DNA from: Octopus sinensis
Taxonomy: Eukaryota
Reading direction: 5' to 3'
Assembly (NCBI RefSeq): GCF_006345805.1
Contig: NW_021829505.1
Coordinates: 1-5,998, forward strand
Length of the DNA: 5,998 nucleotides
In this document: positions 1 through 5,933 of the stretch, piece after piece
Layout of the letters: the number at the start of each line of letters is the position of its first letter
Position numbering within the stretch: position 1 is the stretch's first letter
Notes under the pieces: generated by a model
Databases searched by the model: none
What the model was told of the DNA's origin: nothing
Seen by the model: the letters and a program-made list of their open reading frames with translations, nothing else
Position numbers and translations under genes: made by a program

Positions 1-114
1 CGCTTAGGCGTGTCATTTAAAAAGTGCCGCGGACCGCATTACTAAAATGATTCAAGGTTTCGTTTAAGGCACGTCATTGTAAAAACCACGCGAGCCGCAG
101 TCTGCCCAATTCTG
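1..114. mobile_element. Probable right end of a non-autonomous hAT (Charlie-like) DNA transposon; the left end lies outside the window
   Basis: The end GCGAGCCGCAGTCTGCCCAATTCTG (90-114) reverse-complements to CAGAATTGGGCAGACTGCGGCTCGC, resembling hAT/Charlie termini of the CAGGGGTGGGCAAACTGCGGCCCGC type. A subterminal GCCGCGGACCGCAT motif is at 26-39. The next 8 nt, ATTTAGAC (115-122), are one mismatch from the Charlie target preference NTCTAGAN. The second TIR and TSD copy cannot be seen. Confidence 0.55.
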
Positions 115-368
115 ATTTAGACAATTGTTATGTAAACCTAAACCAGTGGTATGTTCGTAGGTAATGTCCACCTTTAACATAAAGAAATTTTTTGAGATTC
201 ACTTTTAACACTGAAGAGGAAAGAAAAGAATAAATCTACAAAAAAACGTTTAAAAGTTATAGTACAACTTATATAAAATGTCTAATAAATAAAAATAGTA
301 AAATTCAGAGGAAATATCATGGAAGAGATCTAAGTCTTTTAATTTGTACTGATTTATGGGAATTGTGT

Positions 369-458
369 TTTGTTAATTTTTTTTTTTTTTCGCTTTTACT
401 TCATTTTTTTTTTTTGTTTCCGTTTTTTGTTTCTGTTTGGTTTTTTTTTCCTGCTTTT
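369..458 (+). repeat. T-rich low-complexity tract
   Basis: Several T runs (about 9-15 nt) separated by short spacers. This explains the Phe-rich and Lys-rich spurious ORFs at 363-779, 396-656 and 401-631. Confidence 0.85.
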
Positions 459-642
459 CCAATAAAACCAAAAGTTACAACAAAAGTAGAAAACGTAAAA
501 AACGTAGGCCTGATGGAAAGTACTTTTCGTTTTAGTGCTGAACACGCAGTGAAACATACACGCATATGCAGACACACGCACGCACGCACGCACGACACAG
601 TTGCAAACCACCTGAACATGCACATTGACACCCTTCTCCCTC

Positions 643-683
643 ACATATATATACATACATACACATATATATATATATATAAA

Positions 684-714
<31 letters not shown>

Positions 715-815
715 GTATATATATATATAAAAGTCTATCGTTCGTTATGCTCTGTATATATATATATATATCTAGATAGATATATATATAGATATATATA
801 ATAATATATATATAC

Positions 816-875
<60 letters not shown>

Positions 876-877
876 TA

Positions 878-929
<52 letters not shown>

Positions 930-1048
930 CAGAGCAATACGAGCGATAGACTTTTAGATATATGACAAACGTACACACACACACACACTCAACTACACAC
1001 ACACACACATAATATATATGTGTGTATGGTATGTGTGTGTGTGTGCTA
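643..1048. repeat. Compound microsatellite: (AT)n-dominated block followed by (CA)n and (TG)n
   Basis: Long alternating AT runs at about 665-927, (AC)n at 972-1009 and (TG)n at 1019-1045, seen directly. Confidence 0.95.
729..955. repeat. Inverted repeat: two 28-bp non-microsatellite arms enclosing an (AT)n core (fold-back or MITE-like)
   Basis: Left arm 729-756 is AAAAGTCTATCGTTCGTTATGCTCTGTA. The reverse complement of the right arm (928-955) is AAAAGTCTATCGCTCGTATTGCTCTGTA. Identity is 25/28. Confidence 0.9.
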
Positions 1049-1407
1049 TATATTGTTCCACCGAGGCAGCGACAAAGGACAAAGGAAACACAGTTATTCT
1101 TTAATCTTTAACCTTTTGCACAGCATTGTGAGAATAATAAATAGCAATAACACAGAAACGAATCGTCGATAACACAAACTTTGTTGCACCTGTTGTTTAG
1201 CGCCCCTCCTCACCGCCGCCAATTCCATGTCCCACTTATTAGAGAACATCTATGATCAAAGACAGTCCAACAGTGGCATCCCACCCTTTTTTTTTTTGTC
1301 ACTAGAAATACATCATTTAATTTTCCCCTCTCGATTTTATTAATTTTTTTTCAGAAGATTGTAGGATAGTAAAAGTGGGACTGATGGGAGATTTGGCTGC
1401 TACTTAC

Positions 1408-1471
1408 AGCATGTCGACAAATACAGTAGAACTTTTTTCCATAGGACGCAAACGCTAAAACACGTCGCCAT
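1408..1471 (-). CDS. Candidate short first coding exon (MATCFSVCVLWKKVLLYLSTC + 1 nt, phase-1 donor); product unknown
   Basis: Minus strand reads AAAAATGGCG (strong start context, also a YY1-type motif), then 21 open codons, then T|GTAAGT (donor at 1407-1402). No polypyrimidine acceptor lies upstream. No homology recognised. Confidence 0.25.
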
Positions 1472-1697
1472 TTTTTTTTCTATTAATCCGTTTTAGAAAT
1501 TTCTGTATGGTCACCTTAATGACGTAGCTAATGTGTGTGCCACCCGGGGCAGCCGTTGACGTTGTGCCCCCACCACGACCCCAACTTCTATAGAGTCTTA
1601 CAAGAAGACTTAAAAGTGCTTTCCGGGACGAAAGGACCCCAACTCCGCTCGTATCTGCGCTACTGAATCACCTCCAAAGTAACAATCACCCCAGAAC

Positions 1698-1966
1698 CAT
1701 TCATTCTGGAGCGTATCACTTCAGAAGGAAGAACCCCTCCCCTGGACTCCTTCCACTGCAATCTGTCTCTGGTCAGCCGTGGGTGGCCATGTAGACCCCA
1801 AATAACGGGTAAAATCATCTCACCCTCTTGTTTTTAGTTGGTCTCTTGATCTTGCCCATCGTCTTGGTGTCCATTCTGTCACCTTGGCTGTCCATCTGTT
1901 GTTCTTCAGTTGCGCGATGTGGCCAGACCATCTATATTTGTTCTCCTTCAGAGTGTCCACCTAAAT
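1698..1966 (-). mobile_element. 5'-truncated, inactivated RTE-clade LINE: ORF C-terminus and 3' end
   Basis: Minus-strand translation from 1960 gives VDTLKENKYRWSGHIAQLKNNRWTAKVTEWTPRRWARSRDQLKTRG*DDFTRYLGSTWP, then after a frameshift RLTRDRLQWKESREGFFLLK* (stop 1718-1716). This matches the RTE C-terminal pattern K.RWAGH.AR..D.RW...VTEW.PR...R.RG.P..RW.DD......W....RDR..W. One in-frame stop replaces the conserved W. A short (AATG)2 tail lies at 1705-1698. Confidence 0.9.
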
Positions 1967-2228
1967 TAGTGGTCCTCAATCAAGGTTCACATGACCTTTG
2001 GGATTTCATATAAGGTTTTTACTGTTAAAATTTATCTACAATAAATTAATTGTTATACTTCAACATTTCACAAAATATTTTAACAATCTCTTTTATACAA
2101 TTCTTTATATATATAATTATAAAAATATAAACGGACTTTTTATATATCGATTGGCAAGGAGGGTCACTCCGAATAAAATAGGAATCAAAGGGGTCCATAG
2201 GTAAAAAAAGAATGGTTGAGGGACACTG
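1967..2228. mobile_element. 262-bp non-autonomous hAT-type MITE with 8-bp target-site duplication
   Basis: Left TIR TAGTGGTCCTCAATC (1967-1981) versus reverse complement of the right TIR CAGTGTCCCTCAACC (2214-2228): 11/15 match. Perfect flanking duplication ACCTAAAT at 1959-1966 and 2229-2236. Subterminal GGGGTCCATAGG is typical of CAGTGGTTCTCAACC-type hAT MITEs. The interior is AT-rich and non-coding. Confidence 0.92.
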
Positions 2229-2266
2229 ACCTAAATAATCCTTACCTATCCTGCATTATTCCTTAA

Positions 2267-2302
<36 letters not shown>

Positions 2303-2311
2303 TACACACAC
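2267..2311. repeat. (CT)n(CA)n compound microsatellite
   Basis: About 10 CT units followed by about 12 CA units, seen directly. Confidence 0.95.
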
Positions 2312-2556
2312 TCATATTGGACATGTGTTTTCTCTCATTGTGCACACATTTTTGTGTAACATCGTGGTAAAAATCGTTGTGGGACCCCGCTACCCGCCAT
2401 CTCATGTTAGAGTCAAGTATTTGCTGTATTGATTTCTGTAAGTTTTATTTCAGCTATAAGTAATAATACCACGATTTTAGAAAGCAATTTTACATTTATA
2501 TCCACATGTTTCTGTGTGGGTTTACGTGTTATATAAATTTATAGCTATGAATATAC

Positions 2557-2559
<3 letters not shown>

Positions 2560-2593
<34 letters not shown>
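2560..2593. repeat. (CA)n microsatellite
   Basis: About 17 perfect CA units. Confidence 0.97.
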
Positions 2594-2596
<3 letters not shown>

Positions 2597-2791
2597 AGTA
2601 CGCGCGCACGCAGAGCCGGGATAAAGAGAGCGCGATGTGTCTGTTACCACAAAAAAGAAAGATAAGAATGTCATACGATGTCTGCATGTCGACATTACCT
2701 CTGACCTTCCATTCATAATTAAAGTGGGAGGATTTTCGATATGATATTTCTCTGTCATACATAAACTGTACGTTTTTCCTCGATTACTCAC

Positions 2792-2935
2792 ATAGTGGTT
2801 CTGCCTCAGTTTGACCCACAAATGTCGGCAGACATACCCTAATCGTTCTTTTTCAAAATTTTCAAGAGTGATGTAGTTTGCTTTATAACAAATGTTTCCA
2901 AGAACTATTTCAATGATATAATTGTATTGAGTGCT
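2792..2935 (-). CDS. Candidate 144-nt internal exon (phase 0/0): STQYNYIIEIVLGNICYKANYITLENFEKERLGYVCRHLWVKLRQNHY; product unknown
   Basis: Minus-strand acceptor-like TTTCTACAG| (CAG at 2938-2936) and donor TAT|GTGAGT (2791-2786) bracket exactly 48 open codons. The other two frames contain stops. The pyrimidine tract is short and no homology is recognised. Confidence 0.25.
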
Positions 2936-2950
2936 CTGTAGAAATCGGTT

Positions 2951-3146
2951 ATATATGTGCGTGTGTGCGTGTGCGTGTGCGTGTGTGTCTGTGTGTATGT
3001 ATGTATATATATATATATATATATACCTATATATATATATACACACGCGCACGCACATATATATATGTATATATGTATATATATATATGTATGTGTGTGT
3101 ATATATATGACTATGTATATATATGTATGTGTGTGTGTCCGTGTGC
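2951..3146. repeat. Compound (TG/TGCG)n-(TA)n-(CA)-(TA)n-(TG)n microsatellite
   Basis: Near-continuous purine/pyrimidine alternation. It accounts for the overlapping MCVCV/YIYI ORFs. Confidence 0.95.
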
Positions 3147-3252
3147 ATTTCAATGTGTATGTATGTGTTCTGTGCCTGTAATAAGAAATGTTCTCAGTTG
3201 TACAAATCCATTTAAAAAAAGTTAACTTTCCTTCAGAGCTACGACTATCGCT

Positions 3253-3465
3253 GTGTATATATATACATACATATATATATATATCTATATATATATATAT
3301 AATATATATACATATATACTATATATATATTATAGGCATATATATAGTATTATGTATAATAATACATATATAAATATATATTTATATGCTTATATATATA
3401 TACACACACGCATGTGTATATACACAGATGTGTATGTATGTATGCATGTATGTATGTATGTATGT
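3253..3465. repeat. Compound (TA)n / (TATG)n microsatellite
   Basis: Interrupted TA runs ending in (TATG)n at about 3431-3465. Confidence 0.93.
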
Positions 3466-3558
3466 AGTGATTTATATTCGCAAGATTTCCATCAATAAAT
3501 TTCGTTTGTATCATCTATCTCTGAATCTATTTCGTTTTAAATTTCCTCCTCTCCCAAT

Positions 3559-3574
3559 GCACACACCTGACACT

Positions 3575-3610
<36 letters not shown>

Positions 3611-3630
3611 TTCACACGCGCATACACACA
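3559..3630. repeat. (CA)n microsatellite
   Basis: CA run with a perfect core at about 3579-3606. Confidence 0.93.
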
Positions 3631-3702
3631 AACATGCTCCATTCTCTGTTCTTTCTCTCCAATTTCGTGTTATTACTCTCCATCTCTGAAGTAAATATGA
3701 AC

Positions 3703-3791
3703 AACACACATACACACACAAATCACACACACACACAAATCACACACACACACAAATCCACACACACACACAAATCACACACACATACATC
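3703..3791. repeat. 17-bp higher-order minisatellite, unit about AAATCACACACACACAC x4 plus a degenerate fifth unit
   Basis: AAATC occurs at 3720, 3737, 3754 and 3772 (spacing 17, 17, 18) within (CA)n. Confidence 0.9.
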
Positions 3792-3986
3792 ACATGCATG
3801 TGGCACATGCAGACACACTCTTCGTTCCTCTTAAAACCATGCAACAAGTCTTTTCTGCCACTTGACTTCGGCAATAGATCTGAAAAACAAAAGAAATTTT
3901 TAGAACTTCAAACAAATAGCCATTCCACTCCGCTCCTCACCAAAACCACCCCAGCCAACAATAAATCCGAACGGCATTATACTTTG

Positions 3987-4002
3987 TATTATTATCAATA
4001 TT

Positions 4003-4079
<77 letters not shown>

Positions 4080-4087
4080 TATTATTT
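3987..4087. repeat. (ATT)n trinucleotide microsatellite
   Basis: Long perfect ATT run at about 4008-4067 with ATC-variant flanks. It gives the poly-Ile and poly-Asn ORF artefacts. Confidence 0.97.
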
Positions 4088-4091
4088 TCAT

Positions 4092-4488
4092 TATGTATAT
4101 ATAAATATATGTATGTATTTATGTATACTGTATATATATACATATATAAATACATACATATATATACATATATATATACTATAATACATATGTATTATAT
4201 GTATTTATATATACTATATGTAAATACGTATGTATTATATGTATTATATTATACATATATAGAGGAGGCGCGTAGGTAGATAGATAGATTATACATATGT
4301 ACATATATATGATATATATACTACATATATTGTATATATACTTATACACACCACGCACACACAACACACACACAAATATACATATACGTATATATATATT
4401 ATATAATAATATATATTATATGTGTGTGTGTGTGGTATATATGTCTGTATAAGTATATATATATATATGTCTATATATTATGTATATA

Positions 4489-4538
<50 letters not shown>

Positions 4539-4556
4539 TGTGCGTGTATGTATATA
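4092..4556. repeat. Large interrupted (TA)n/(CA)n/(TG)n microsatellite block containing internal palindromes
   Basis: Seen directly. Includes a short GC island AGAGGAGGCGCGTAGG (4261-4276) and a (TAGA)n run. Confidence 0.93.
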
Positions 4557-4577
4557 TTTTGTAGTATGAAATTTTAT

Positions 4578-4658
4578 GTCTTTTTTTTTCCTTTTTTTCC
4601 CCTTTTTTCATTTTCATTATTTTTATCTTTGTCTTTCTTTCTTTCTTTTTCGCTCTTC
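4578..4658 (+). repeat. Polypyrimidine (T/C-rich) low-complexity tract
   Basis: T runs and (CTTT)n units with few purines. Confidence 0.8.
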
Positions 4659-5246
4659 TGACATTATATCGCGAATGTATTTCGAAATAACATTCATTAC
4701 AAACTATTCGAGCAACAGTACGGACTGCAACAGTAGCAACATCATTAAATTGAAGCATAGTACTAACTGCATAAGACAGCCATATCAGAAACAATACAGC
4801 AAAAAAAGCTAGCATATTCATATGCAGAGACATACAGAGACGCGCATGCGTGTTTGTCTGTGTGTGCGTGTGTTTTAAATGGTTAATACGTAATATAGAG
4901 TGTACTGCAAGCTTTATTTGGGACAACGATCGTTTCGATATACTTTTGCACTGCTCCCCAGTGGATGGAGAACAATGTAAATGAATCAAATGCACCACAT
5001 ATTTCAGAAGAAAACTCTTCAGGTCACATAAAACGGTTGAGTGTTATACGACGTACCGAGGAGTTCCTTACGTGCATCCAGCAACGAAAGTGCACGGCCC
5101 CGGATGATGGCTGGCAGCCCTAGGCGGCCAACGTGCTCGGTAGGCTCACTACAAGGAATATTCCCATAACAAGGTTTGGATACTCCACTTTAGTCTCCTA
5201 CCTAACCTTTAACTTTAAATACATACATACATATATATATATATAT

Positions 5247-5555
5247 TTAATACAAAACGGCACAAGAACGCAAAATATCAGGACAGGTGATACAAAAATG
5301 AGACAACAAAACATCCAGATAGACGATACAAAGTAACCAAGGACGGGTCATTCGAAGTTTTCTTTCCTCAGTCGAGTACCAGGTTATCTTCGCAATTTCG
5401 GCTGATTATACTCGAGGTTGCTCCAATCTGGCCAGCCCCAAGGAAAAACTAAGCTAAGAGCATTAGATTCCTGGAAGAAAGCATCGAATGTGTACAAAAC
5501 AAGGACGGAAAATCGGACGACGTTACCAAATACAATAAAAATAATAACAGGACAT

Positions 5556-5556
<1 letters not shown>
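5247..5556. mobile_element. Unclassified interspersed-repeat fragment between two (TA)n blocks; possibly a Penelope-like pLTR
   Basis: Resembles a dispersed octopus repeat as I recall it (GGACGGGTCATTCG..TTTCCTCAGTCGAG..CTCCAATCTGGCCAGCCCCAAGGAAAAACTAAGCTAAGAGC); this is unverified. It has an internal direct repeat CAAGGACGG (5338, 5500), an imperfect stem-loop at 5356-5450 and strong strand asymmetry (A-rich plus strand). The class assignment is inference. Confidence 0.4.
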
Positions 5557-5587
<31 letters not shown>

Positions 5588-5610
5588 CTATATATATATA
5601 TATATATACA

Positions 5611-5785
5611 TTTCTTTATTCTTTTATCCATCCTATTACTTGTTTCAGTCATTTGGTTGCGGCCATGCTGGAGCACAGCTTATTCTTTGTAACCCTATCG
5701 GGTCTTTTGCTGAACCGCTTACTCACGAGGGCATAAACGCACCTACATCGGTAGTCAAGCGATGGTGAGGGGACAAACACGCGCA

Positions 5786-5830
<45 letters not shown>

Positions 5831-5864
5831 GCACATACACACACATATATATATATATATACGG
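5611..5864 (-). mobile_element. 3' half of an octopus-type SINE: tail plus internal (CA)n(TA)n microsatellite; tRNA-related head missing
   Basis: TTACTTGTTTCAGTCATTTGGTTGCGGCCATGCTGGAGCAC...TCTTTTGCTGAACCGCT...CATCGGTAGTCAAGCGATGGTGAGGGGACAAACAC followed by (CA)n(TA)n ACG matches my recollection of the reverse-complemented tail of an abundant Octopus SINE. A simple-repeat tail lies at 5611-5640. Needs Dfam/Repbase confirmation. Confidence 0.75.
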
Positions 5865-5933
5865 ACGGAATGCCGCTGTGAATTTTTCCCGTCTTGTTAA
5901 CATAAGCATGACAATATCCAACCAATAGTCTAA

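Noticed and set aside
461-466. AATAAA after a U-rich tract as a polyadenylation signal
   Set aside because: The hexamer is common in AT-rich DNA, and no downstream GU/U-rich element or linked exon is present.
508-560. CTGATGG...GAAAC, hammerhead-like
   Set aside because: Core is CUGAUGG rather than CUGANGA, there is no GAAA directly after stem II, and no stem I/III pairing.
363-1008. ORFs of 76-138 aa on both strands
   Set aside because: Translations of T runs and (AT)/(CA) microsatellites (FFFF, KKKK, YIYI, CVCV); stop-free by composition.
1620-1645. GGGACGAAAG resembling the Schistosoma-type hammerhead stem II/GAAA
   Set aside because: No upstream CUGANGA or complementary GUCC strand in the right position.
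1828-2013. 61-aa hydrophobic plus-strand ORF
   Set aside because: Antisense to the RTE remnant and runs into the MITE; a by-product.
1409-2694. 11-mer GCATGTCGACA repeated at 1409 and 2684
   Set aside because: About one shared 11-mer is expected by chance in this much unique sequence, and there is no extension.
2905-4661. Numerous YIYI/HTHT/CVCV/poly-I/poly-N ORFs
   Set aside because: All are microsatellite reading frames with no coding signal.
4761-4779. Perfect TACTAAC branch-point followed by AG (plus strand)
   Set aside because: No pyrimidine tract between branch point and AG, and no downstream exon or donor support.
4965-5123. 52-aa plus-strand ORF MENNVNESNAPHISEE...DDGWQP
   Set aside because: Short, no recognisable motif, no splice or promoter support.
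5098-5130. GGATGATGGCTGGCAGCC hairpin resembling a Penelope hammerhead
   Set aside because: No CUGANGA and no GAAA after the GGCTG/CAGCC stem.
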